This document shows positions 49,701 through 61,032 of a stretch of DNA of 64,000 bases, piece by piece. A program made the translations under genes and the position numbers. Source of the stretch: Tubiluchus corallicola (taxonomy: Eukaryota; Animalia; Priapulida); assembly GCA_030141605.1 (NCBI GenBank), contig JAQGDQ010000625.1:60780-124779 (forward strand), written 5' to 3'. Under the pieces are notes generated by a model. That model did not search any database. It was not told the origin of the DNA and saw only the letters and a program-made list of their open reading frames with translations. Positions within the stretch are counted from its first letter, which is position 1. The number at the start of each line of letters is the position of its first letter.

Positions 49701-52700
49701 AGCGTCTGCTGGAGAAGTATGAAAATGATCCTCGTGAAATGGAAATTCACGATATGTGAATAACAAGAAAAACTTAATTGCCGATTCATGGACGATTTGC
49801 TATGCAAGAACTTGTATATTACATCAAAGTTTTGTTCAAAAATTGCAAATTTATAAAGTCTTCAAAATCTGGTGTAGAAACCTCATACGCACAGCCTGCA
49901 ATTTTGAGTGGTATAATTGCAGCAGTGACTAAAACAGCTTTTTGAAATTTGCAGTATAACATAAATTGCTATAATTCCTTGTCACGGCCACACCGCACTG
50001 TCTAAACAGGGAAATAGTTGAACAATTCTTATTGAAAAGACTTACATTACATCGAAAACATGTTTCAAAATTTTAATTAGTTGACAACTTAGTTCTTAAT
50101 TATATCATAACTGTTTGTCAATAATAGGACCCTTCTACAATTGTCCGATTATTCACATTTATGAATGCAAACACTAACGGAAACTTAGAGTGGTCATTGC
50201 AAATAATTTATTGTTAAAAATGACATTAGAATCATCGAACTCTGCATGTGGAGGAGCTGATCTAACATTTGACTTTAAGACATTCTCTCACTTTCAACAA
50301 AACATGAACACAACACAGCCTATTTGTGAAGCCACTCCCTATGTATTTTAAAAGCTAAAATGCATTGTATATTTGTAAGTACAGCACTCTAGACAGAACA
50401 CGCCAGACTGAGCAGCAGCAGGACCAGAATCTAGAACAAAAAGATACTGAAGTAGCTCAATTATTATACAATTTCTAGGTCACGACAGGACCTTTTCATA
50501 GACTGTGACAAAACTTACAATAGCCTGTTATATAACGCATAATTTTTGCCACGTAATTGTTACATAATGAATTTTGTAATTTGTTACACAATGTAGTATT
50601 TCTGTTATCTTCATAATGCAGCACTGTTACATAATGGGCCTCAACAACATATCAGTTATCATACACTTGTACTGACTGCCACACGAGTTTTGTTACTGAT
50701 GGCACGTCTGTTGTTACACAGTTGCGAAAATACTATTTAAAAGTTGATAAAAAAATCAATATTTTATCAAAATAGCATCAGTAATTTACTCACTTTGGAT
50801 ACCTGTGCGCTCCGACATAAGCTGATTACGTCCAAGAAAGAGAACACCCTAAAAACACAAAAGTCACATTTATTAAAGCTATACCAGCTATTACTGGATC
50901 AGAAATAGTTTTGCAGGTGGCGACACCAGTAACATAAACATTTAGCAATAGCGTACAGCGCATAAGTGACATTCAAGTACCTTAGTAGCAACTCCTTGGG
51001 TAGTTTCTTATTTATCAGCGCCGAATCATCATCGGAAGTGATGCGTGATATCTAAAAAGTAGCAAGTTGTTTTCATTATGGTCAAATCATGCGTTTTTAT
51101 TTGTTTCTATAGAGCAGAGGTGTGCAAATTGCGGCCCGCCAAGAGAATTTGTAGGGCTCTCAAAGACATTTGTCAACCTAATGAAAGTGCGGCCCGGGCG
51201 ATTAATTGAGTGTATCCAGCTGAAGTCCGTGCCACGATCCCAAAGATGGTGCGGGTAGTTTTTTCTACTAGATCGGATACAAGACGGTTGTAGCTTAATG
51301 TCACTGTACTACACAGACTGTGTGATACACATTACTAATATGCATTGTAATGAAATTACCACTATCTGTCCTGAAAGTAGAAATATATGGTTTGTAATAT
51401 AAAATTTAATAACTTCTAAAATAGTTTCTTGAGTGTAGTAGTAATGATGTACGCAGGTCGGATGCAAAAAAATCATTATTAGGTCCTACTGTACTTGGCT
51501 CCTTGATCAAACTGCCTGTGGCCCGCAGGAATTGCGGGAATGTTTAATGTGGCCCGGCTAGTCAGATAATTTGCACACCCGTGCTATAGAGAATAAATAT
51601 TTGACATCAAATATACACTAAAATGCAAATTTAATTCTGAACGACAAGAATAATGGTAAATTCTAATAAAAAATTCTTAAAAAAGAAACACTTTTATTTA
51701 ATTGTGAGATTTTTTTAATAATTAAGACACTTAAATATTCTTCTTCCCAGCTTTTCCCTATTCGGGGTCGCCGTTGTGAATGAGTCTTCTCCACGCATTC
51801 CTCTTGTTGACCATCTCTTCATTCATGTCTTCCCTTCCCACATGATCTTCACCGACTCTTCTTTTCAGGTGTCCATAACATCGCAATCTTGCGAGGCTTC
51901 CACTACTTTTACTGTTCCTCTGATATTATTATTTCTAATTTTATCTCTTCTTGTTATTCCCACCATCCATCTCAACATCCTCATCTCCACCACACCCATT
52001 TTCTTCTCTTCGGTCTTCTTTAGAGAAGCTGCTTCCAGCCCATAGATTAGAGCGGATCTGACCACTTCTTTGTGGACTTTGCCTTTAAGTCTCACCGACT
52101 CATTTATTAAGATATGTAAATAAAGTTAAAAATTTCTGAATGTGTCAAGCTAAATGCACCAAAAGTAGAAAAAAATTCAAAATAAAAAATGAAATAATTT
52201 CAAACAAAAAAGATGCGATCTAATCTTATTCAAATAGAATATCTGTGAGTCTAACCTAGCCACTGGGGGGGGGGGGGAGCCAGCCCAACTCAGTGCCGGT
52301 CCCAAGCCCGGATAAATAGGGAGGGTTAGGGTCAGGAAGAGCATCCGCCTGTAAAAACTGCGCCAAAACCATTGAATGAGTCGGTAGACTAGATAGCCGT
52401 ATAATAAAGCCGACAACTTTTAGATACAATCTTTGCTAAAAACCAGACGAACTGTACACAAAATTTACCCAAAACGCAATGTCAGCAAAAGGTTACCATA
52501 AGTTACTACATATTAAGACGTACCAAACTTGTAAATTTTATTTAGGTTTTAGTGCTGTATTGCTCTGGATTGCGTACGTATTTGACCTCCCAACGTTAGT
52601 TTTTATTTACACAGTGAAAGTTCACAACCTGGTAACATGAGTTTACACCTGTCAGAAATTTGGCACAGACACTGAACAAAGAACCACAGCATACAGGAAT

Positions 52701-53146
52701 AAAGCCAAAAAGTAAATTTGTCAATTATAATCATTTTCCTATATATATATATTCCAAAAACAGTAAACTCTTTCTTATGTTTAAAATATCACAAAACTAA
52801 AGTAGCCAGTTCAGTTTAAATTACTGAAACTATTTAACTTGCCCACAGTATATATATATATATAGGTTTTCCTTTAGGTTTCAGCATTTATTTAAGCTGT
52901 AAGTTTATTACGAAGTTATCTAGAAGGTCGTGAGTTCGAACCAGCGGCCGGGTCATACCAAAGACTTGTGGTACCTGCTGTTGCCCTGCCTGACTCATGG
53001 TATTTAGGGTAAAAGTGGGGTAATAATAGTCTCTGTTAAGTAGTTGTAGGTTGTTATTTACAGTCGGTGATAATAGCTCTTTGAGCTAATGTTAATTGTT
53101 GACCCAAAAGCCGACTTTAGATAAAGATTATTATTATTATTATTAC

Positions 53147-53216
<70 letters not shown>

Positions 53217-54886
53217 TAAGGCCTATCTACGTTGAGCGTCGCTAATAAATTAATTTGTTCTGCTAAGGTTATAGCAATTTTACTGCAATACATGGTCAAT
53301 TCTGTAACTGCAATGTTTTTTGTATATTGTAATATTGTTTCAAATGGGTAAACAAATAAATCTAAATATAAAAATTTTAAAGTTATAAACCCGTTAAAAA
53401 AAGCAAGATGAAAAATTATATAACATCTCACTATTTTCACTCATTTTAAAAAATTAATGACAAATATAAAGAATTATATTATATATTATTAAATATAATA
53501 AATATAAAGAAATAAATATTAAAGAAAATACTAACAACAATAGAGTCAGCATTAAAACAATTGCAACTACGAACAGTCATGGGGTCAATACCTTCTGTCG
53601 CAGAGGACTGGGCTCAGTACCGTTTGCACACGTCTTGCGTCCGTTCTTCCGTTTGAACGAGACGGGAAAGTGACCATTGCTGCTTGTGATGGAGGGAGAC
53701 GGAGGCGACGGACTCAACTCTCCCTTAGATGACAACTGCAAGATATAAATTATCATTTCTAATTAATTAATACAAAATTAATTATTCTACTGATATAAAG
53801 TATTACAGTCAGCTAGATAGCCATGTAAATCAGGGGTGTGCAAATTGCGGCCCACCAAGAGAATTTGTGCGGAGAGATTTGTCAACCTAATGATAGTGCG
53901 GCCCGGGCGATTAATTGAGTGTATCCAGCTGAAGTCCGTGCCACGATCCCAAAGATAGTGCGGGTAGTTTTTTCTACTAGACGGATGCCATTAACCCTTA
54001 CAAGACGGTTGTAGCTTAATGTCACTGTACTACACAGACTGTGTGATACACATTACTAATATGCATTGTAATGAAATTACCACTATCTGTCCTGAAAGTA
54101 GAAATATATGGTTTGTAATATAAATTTTAATAACTTCTAAAATAGTTTCTTGTGTGTAGTAGTAATGATGTACGCAGGTCGGATGCAAAAAAATCGTTAT
54201 TAAGCCTTTCTGTACTTGGCTACTTGATCAAACTGCCTGTGGCCCGCAGGAATTGCGGAAAAGTTTAATGTGGCCCGGCTAGTCAGATAATTTGCACACA
54301 CCTGATGTAAATGCTGTCAATGATCAGTTAGATAATTCTTTGTGAATGCTAAATGTCACTGTCGTTACAAAGTACGCAAAGTGTTAGAGTAAAATGTCAA
54401 TAGAAAGTAGAGATAATGCAATAGAAAAATGTGTAAAATAGAGACATGCACAAAGACTGGGTAAACGATTAAACGCTGTGCGAACTTTTGAGATTTTACG
54501 ACCCCAGAAGTCAAAAGCGGGCACTAAATAAAAATTCTGAAATTAAACAATGTAAGAAATCCAAAGCAACTGCAAATTTATTGTAAACTTTGCAATATGA
54601 GCAAGTCAAAAGACTGTCAGTAACAGTTTCTCTGTTTTCTGAGCTTTTGCCTCGCAGCAAGTGACCTACCAAAATAAATTTGATACTTACTCAAATCATA
54701 ATTTCATTTTTCCTAGACCTTACTAAACTAGTTTATATTTTATTTTTGAATTTCTAGTTGCACTTGTAGTTTAGCTTGCACCAGACGCATTTGCCCAGAA
54801 CAGTGTATGTTTTTTATATGAACTAACACTGATTGTCTGTCTTTTATTATGATGGTCAATGTTTTTAAAATGGCAAATAAAGATTT

Positions 54887-54921
<35 letters not shown>

Positions 54922-57900
54922 ATACTACTACTACTACTACGGCTACTACTACTACTACTACCTACTACTACTGCGGCGGCGGCTGCGGAGTCTTATTTTC
55001 AATACATCTTTAACCTCTTAGATTCAAACATTCGATGCTGATGCAAACAATATTATTTTCCAACAAAATCATTAAAAATCGCCTGGCTGAATATACAGAT
55101 CTAGATCCACTAACTGTTGTTTTACGATGCTAAAGATCGAAGATGTAAAATTCACGTATTCCATATAACACAACACGTAAGAGAATCAATGTTACAGCAC
55201 AAAATATGTAAATGCTCAAAGAAAATCACAATAATGTGTCACAAGTACCCCTGAAACCTAGCTTGATAGGAAACTTGAAAGGTGGAAAAGAAGTAAACGT
55301 AAACTAACACTTGTGGTTACTATAGGATAGTGAAAAGAGGAAAAATTACGAAACGAAAAAAGAAAATTTCACAAACTACCAGATAATTATGTTAATTTCC
55401 AGCAATGCTGTGTAATTAGTTAGATATATATATAGTTATTATTATGCCGTGAAAATGTATTAGGTATTAACAATGATCTGATAGATGAGTTTGGTTATAG
55501 TTAAAACAGCACAACTTTATTAAAACTTTTACTTTACATAGTTAAAAATTATGTCAAACGTTTTGACAGAGCTACTGCTGTCATCATCAGTGGTAAATTT
55601 TTACAAACATACAACCAGTTTATATAGGCAGAGCCTACAGTATAGATTATAGAACATTATGCATTACTTAGGTATTTACATAAAGCCAAATAGGTAATGA
55701 ATGAACAGACCAGGAGAAAAGAAATTGGTACATCAAATTATGTATTTACAAAAGCCAAATAGATCTGCTTAATAATTACCTATTTGACTTTTTGTAAATA
55801 CATAATTAGTGCATAATATTCTATATCGTAGGCTGTGCCTATATAAAGTGGTTGTATGTTTGTAAAAATTTACCACTGATGATGACAGCAGCAGCTTTGT
55901 CAAAACGTTTGTCATGATTTTTAACTAAGTAAATTAAAAGTTTTAATAAAGTAGTGGTGTTTTAACTACACGTATAAATGTTTTTAAGTACCTGTAAAAA
56001 GATACTTTGAAATTATATCTTTAACAGGTATAAAGTATCAACGCATAGCGTACTGGTACTGCATTGTACAATGGGCCATATATTGCTCAGTGAGTCATTC
56101 TGTTTAAATATTTTCTATAAATTAATACAAATAAATACGTTAACTAATCAATTACAATACCAAAGCCTTTCAATATGCATGTCATTAACACATGTTAGAA
56201 GCAAACAATAGTTAAATAAAATATAGAGAAGTTTGTAATTTGGCTGAAGGTGCAGAAAGAAAATACGATTATTCAAACAATGTTAGCATTTAATTTATAC
56301 GGTTCTTTCAACAAAAACTAAGACATGACGTTACGCCAAAATACAATGTTCAAAAACTTACATGCTGTGAGTTCGTACAACACAAACAGCCCTTCATAAT
56401 AAAAAGTAGAACACAATATTGCAGCGTTTGTACAATCCATTAGCAATTTTGAACCCAGCAAAAGTACAAAGTTCTTATTTACAAAACAATCTCACAACGC
56501 AGACGATGATGGCAGAACACTCGTAGCCATCACAACCTTAAAATCACTACACCACTTATCCATAGCAGACTTCACAAAACATCGGTGCTCATGTTAAGAA
56601 ATTGAAACTTACTACGTGATAAAAAATACAACATGAAATGTTCGAGTCACGCGTTACTATTCAGACTTATAGGCCCATCTAACGTTGTTCCACCATCCTG
56701 CCGAAATCTATCAAAGTTCACTAGCTAGTCTGTTTTGGCTGCAACCAGATAGCAATCATTTACAATCTAACTTAATCTATGTACTGTCTGCAGTTGATTA
56801 TCAAGCATGAGATTACAGTATACAAATGTGCCCTACAAAAGTTTGGATGAAGCTTAAACACTTTCACTGCCTGGAAACGCCTTAGTTGAAAATTTAAAAA
56901 CGCACTTGAGAGAGGACTGTTTACAGACAGTTACCATCTAAGTCATTATTTCTCTGGATAAGATATTCTTGGATAAACTATACAGCTCGTTAAATAATTG
57001 AATAGGCCATTTTAAGCTTAGGACATGTTGTGAATAGAGTGAGTAGGATTTTTACACTAATTAAGCTTGTTGAGTACACCAACTAAGTTCACAGTCTTTG
57101 ATTAAATGGTTTTTGCTCTACCATACGAATACTACTCATTTCTGAGTTAGGTGAAAGACAGCTTGACATGATACTTGTCAGGTCTTTCTCCCATTGAGAT
57201 TAGACATCAATTAGAATGCATTAGTAAACTTGTGCTTATTAATAATTAGTAAGGCACATGCTCATTCGTTAGCAAAGTAATTTCCTCGTTAAAACCATTT
57301 TGTATCTAAAATATTAACTAGAAAAGAAAACATTTCAGCCGAAAATTTCTTTAATTTAGTTGTTGATTCTAAAACTAGCGAACATAGTTCAAAACTGTTT
57401 AAAGAGCGGTCACGTCTTGACATTTGTAAATATTCGTTTTCTGCGAGAATGTGAATGAATGGAATAATCTGCCTGCCATGTTGATTGTCGCAACAACCAC
57501 AGTAAAGTTTAAATCCTTAATCGACAATTATTTTCCGGAAAAATATGGGGTTTTTATGAGTGTAGGACTACTTGCTTAACCCCTAATCATGACAGTATAA
57601 CAGTATCTACCTGATGCATTTTACTTATAGAACCACATAGACGCAAAGTTCATAAGGCATAATATCACTAACGTTACTAACATGTATTCAAACTCGCATG
57701 TAATTTTTTTCAGTTGTCATAGCAGTGTTCATAACCAAGTGCTGTCATTACTCTCATCATGACATAGATCAGTTCTAGTTTGTTTTCAATATTAGTATTC
57801 TTGACCCTTACCTGCAACCAAGTAAATGATATTAATCTGTTCACACATTGCTTTCATGCTTCTGCCTAGTGTTCTATTTCAACCAATCAGAAGAGCTACA

Positions 57901-59280
57901 GACTTGTCAAGGCAACACACATCATTTATACCACATACATATGGTGACATTAAACACGAAGTCATCAGATTTTTAGGGTTTGACTGCTTCCCCCCCCCCT
58001 CCTCAAACCCCAGCAGGTGCAACTAAATGCACAGTATCACTTGGACAAAAAGGTGAATATCTTTCCCAAAACAAATCACTCCAGCATTAAAACCTCCACT
58101 TTTGTCCAACCCGTCCACAGCAATGGCAATGTGCCTTTCTTCTAAAATAGTCTAACATTTAAGCATAGCCAAGGAAATTCTGCACATGCCACACGGTAAA
58201 ACTGCATTGATAAGGCAAAAAAGCTAACATTGGCATTTCAAAATAGCTGAAATTGTTAGGATATATATTTTGACTGCTGTTTGTTTCAGAAATTGCTGAG
58301 AATAGATCTGTACTTAGGGTTACCATATTGTCTGAGTTGAAAAAGAGGACACGGTTACTTGGCCTTCATTTCAACTGTAAATGCACACTGTCGTTTCGGC
58401 ATTGCTACTTTCTAATTAACTTTTACCAGTTATGCAGTTATGCTCAAAACTGCAGAACAGCGAAACTATACAAATTTAAAGAAATTCACATGAAAACAAA
58501 CAAAATGGCTCCCGGAAGCTGACGTCATTTTAAGTCGTTAGCGAATACGCCGAGTATCGACAGCGGTGTGAGTCGTGTGACCCACAGTGATGTGCGTATC
58601 GCTTACTTTTGTTCAGTAAATATGTACATAAAGCTTTTACAAGGGTCACATTTTGAGATGTTAGCAACATCTTGTATTGAAAATTAACGAGCTTTTCTTT
58701 GTCTCGTACTGTCGTACGCCTCTGCAGTTGGCAACATCCTTACATACTTACGGATTGAGGCAAAACCCGGACAAACTGCCGATTTTTTGAAAACCCGCCC
58801 GGACGCCCGGACAGAGGCCCAAAAAGAGAACGTGTCCCGGGAAACCCGGACGTATGGTAACCCTATCTGTACTCAAATCATTGTGAATCTGCATCCAGCC
58901 CTAGCCACAGCCTGCACTTTGTAACGAGTAAATTAAAATGTAATGCTACTTGCACCACCTTGCATAAATTTCGCATTATATAATAGCTGCACACGAATTA
59001 GATTATGTTCAACACGTACAGTATGATGATAAATTTTGCGGTTTAACACGTACAGTACACCATTTAGCTTTGCAACTTTTATTTTTATCCCAAAGACCAA
59101 GTAAAGTCCACTCCACCCTGTTACTTTTTTGCATAAGTAATGGCAGCTCGATTTCCCACATACATACGAGTAAAGCAATATTTCAAGTCCGATTTAAGAG
59201 CTACAAAAAGAAAGTTATCACGTATGAATATCTCTAAACCACGAACTTACTTCTGTTTGTTTTCTATTTATTCTGCTCAT
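34541..59280 (-). CDS. FBXL20: F-box/LRR-repeat protein FBXL20 (FBXL2/20 co-ortholog), 14 exons, 483 aa (435 aa without exon 2)
   Basis: Exons 59280-59251, 53735-53592, 51051-50981 (ALINKKLPKELLLR), 50848-50794 (VFSFLDVISLCRSAQVSK), 49548-49379 (WNMLALDGSNWQRVDLFEFQRDIEG), 49205-49137, 48209-48114, 46103-45977, 42874-42800, 42494-42364, 40956-40896, 37058-36957, 35374-35162, 34648-34541 (VHAYFAPVTPPPS...RYCRCCVIL*, CaaX). All GT-AG and phase-compatible. The first two exons are less certain. Confidence 0.94.
35552..35676. repeat. ~40-bp tandem repeat, 3 copies
   Basis: GACGGTGACACTAATGCAAAAGATGGAAGACGGGATGGAT. Confidence 0.85.
35895..36260 (+). mobile_element. L2/Crack-like LINE 3' end remnant
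   Basis: Reads NGPYIWNSIAPAIKNANSLSIFKKNYKLNLLETY*, a typical CR1/L2-group ORF2 C-terminus, followed by a T-rich 3' UTR. Confidence 0.6.
37120..39900. repeat. 37-bp minisatellite (~75 copies) with higher-order block duplication, in an FBXL20 intron
   Basis: Unit ATTAGAAGGACCRGGCGCGTCAATTAACACAGTCAAC. Confidence 0.97.
39943..40225. mobile_element. degenerate PIF/Harbinger-like MITE
   Basis: GGCGCATTCATACTAGCGAG...CTCGCTAGTTTGAA inverted ends; internal TAGTGTGAAC-type repeats. Confidence 0.45.
40434..40703 (+). mobile_element. tRNA-derived SINE, family S copy
   Basis: Near-identical to 17543-17842. Confidence 0.9.
43886..44372 (-). mobile_element. hAT MITE family A copy (more diverged)
   Basis: Reverse-oriented body; TIRs CAGGGGTGTGCAA / TTTGCACACCCCCG. 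Confidence 0.88.
44956..45958 (+). mobile_element. non-autonomous Helitron (44956-45812) followed by a tandem 5' fragment of a second copy (45813-~45958)
   Basis: A|TC start, subterminal hairpin CGCAAAA-TC-TTTTGCG, CTAG|T end; head sequence TATATTAATATTCTTGGTATGGGC...TCTCGATCTAGTGTC restarts immediately after. Confidence 0.8.
46649..46808. repeat. (GA)n-rich polypurine tract
   Basis: Directly visible. Confidence 0.95.
47260..47960 (-). mobile_element. CR1/L2-group LINE 3' fragment
   Basis: ORF 47874-47584 (YGKKSFSYYGATLWNELPN...FKRLINSW) is a typical ORF2 C-terminus; (TCTTA)n tail at ~47260-47290. Confidence 0.8.
48325..48823 (+). mobile_element. hAT MITE family A copy
   Basis: Perfect 8-bp TSD TTCTAGAA. 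Confidence 0.93.
51115..51583 (+). mobile_element. hAT MITE family A copy
   Basis: Perfect 8-bp TSD CTATAGAG. Confidence 0.93.
51738..52390. mobile_element. rearranged second copy of the RTE-derived retroposon
   Basis: 3' half on - strand at 51738-52103; 5' half on + strand at 52254-~52390. Confidence 0.85.
52925..53213 (+). mobile_element. tRNA-derived SINE family S copy, 5'-truncated, long (ATT)n tail
   Basis: Starts just before the B box; body matches the other copies. Confidence 0.9.
53831..54304 (+). mobile_element. hAT MITE family A copy
   Basis: Perfect 8-bp TSD ATGTAAAT. Confidence 0.93.
54887..54972. repeat. (CTA)n microsatellite
   Basis: Directly visible. Confidence 0.95.
55498..55968. 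mobile_element. ~470-bp palindromic element, probably inverted Penelope-like pseudo-LTRs with a degenerate hammerhead motif
   Basis: ~200-bp arms are reverse complements; each carries CTGATGATGACAG...TGTCAAAACG and a downstream AATAAA. Confidence 0.65.
57390..57535 (+). mobile_element. CR1 LINE ORF2 C-terminal remnant
   Basis: Reads KLFKERSRLDICKYSFS../..NEWNNLP with a frameshift. Confidence 0.6.
58315..58865. mobile_element. hAT (Blackjack-like) MITE
   Basis: TCTGTACT|TAGGGTTACCATA...TATGGTAACCCTA|TCTGTACT; CCGGAC subterminal repeats. Confidence 0.92.
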
Positions 59281-59850
59281 GTTGTCAAAAAAATGTCATC
59301 AGCTGATTCCCATGCCATCATTAAAAATCCTTTCATCCCCAACGAAGATCAATATCATCAGCAGCAACGAGGCATTCTGTGTATAAAAACATCAACATTA
59401 GCTAACATAACAACATCACAGCCATTATGCATTTTCAACACTCCAATGAAACGCTTCGTCTGATTGGATGACACATTACCCTTTAACTTTTTTCTTTGCG
59501 AGGATTCTAAAAAGTTATTAAACATGAAATTTCAACTTAATGCCAAAATTTGCAGTTTTTCATACGTCGCTTTGCTAACAACAGCTGTCAGTGTTTTTGG
59601 AATTTTTATCACATCTTTTCTTCAAGTAAACGAGTGATTTTCTTTTTTTCAGCAAGTCAATGGGACTAAGTAGCTAACTACGCTTCGACCAATGGCAGGA
59701 ACGCTACCATTCAGCGCCGTTCAGCAAAGCACTCAACAAAAACACTTCTACTGAGCTATCAGCAAACATAGCAGCTATAGCGATAAATATACGTCATGCA
59801 ATGCGTCAAATATGCATGAAAACAGTCTTATTATTATCTTTGCAAAACGT

Positions 59851-59863
59851 TCTCTCTCTCTCT

Positions 59864-59928
<65 letters not shown>
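59851..59928. repeat. (CT)n microsatellite in the FBXL20/cubilin divergent promoter region
   Basis: Directly visible. Confidence 0.95.
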
Positions 59929-59930
<2 letters not shown>

Positions 59931-61032
59931 CAGACGTGAAGAAGAGAACTTTTAGATTGTACTGTTTGCACTTATACCGTTTACAAGAACTTGCAAACTG
60001 ATTATGCCAGAGCAAAAATTTGTACAAAATATCACAATTTATGTATGTCAACTTGAAGGACGGGAAAACAATTGTGAAAGTTAGAATACATAGCACTTTT
60101 GAATCATAGTTCCGAAATTTATCCATTCATTGTAGCTGACTAAATAAATTCAGCATTTCCATGTTAAATCACTCATACTAGAGTGATACTAACAAACCTG
60201 ATTACTTTTGTATGTCTTGAATAATTTTGAGCTTCTAATTTTCGTGGGTATTTTGTCGCTGGAGAGTTTAACAGCTCAGTAGTTTCGCCGTTTGCCTTAA
60301 AAGCAGAATTTTTCACATTTCCTGCCTTTCAAGTTTCATACCAAAATCTAATTAACTGTAGGTTTGTGCCACATTGTGTCTTATTATAATTAAGTACAAA
60401 GCAACGAATTTCTGTCATGATAAGGCGTCAGGCGGTAGCAATTACAGCAAAAACGTACAAAATCGAGTCCGGAGCGATGTATAATTTAATAAAATTTGAA
60501 TGTTAAGATCACATATTATATTACGTTACGTAATATATAACTTCTAGTCATTACACGTAAAATAAATAGCTCATAAGCATCTTTGAACAAGGCCGGCATG
60601 TTAGGAACCTACGAGATTACGAAGTTCACATGACACAATTCTGTTCGTGAACTTAGATTGTGTGATTCGAACAGAGATGTTCAGGGGCACGATATGCTGT
60701 AAAACATTAAAATGACGGAAAAATTGTTGATGTTTTCATGTTTGGTTAACTTGTAAAAAGCTTGATAAATGTGCAAGCGGCAAGTGCACAGTTCAGCTGT
60801 GCATTTTTACTAGTAATATGCAACTAACAGTCTCCTCACCGGTTGCAGTATTTGCCTATCACCCCTTGTGCCATAATAGACTATTCCGTAGCTATGGTAC
60901 CAGACACAAGCGGAGGACCCACACTAACCGTGCCTGGGAAACACCCACCGAGAATAGTACGCATTGTGCAGCTGGACTGTTATTAAAGATGTGCGTTTTC
61001 TTGAGTTAACTTTGCTAGCGTGTCACGTCAAA

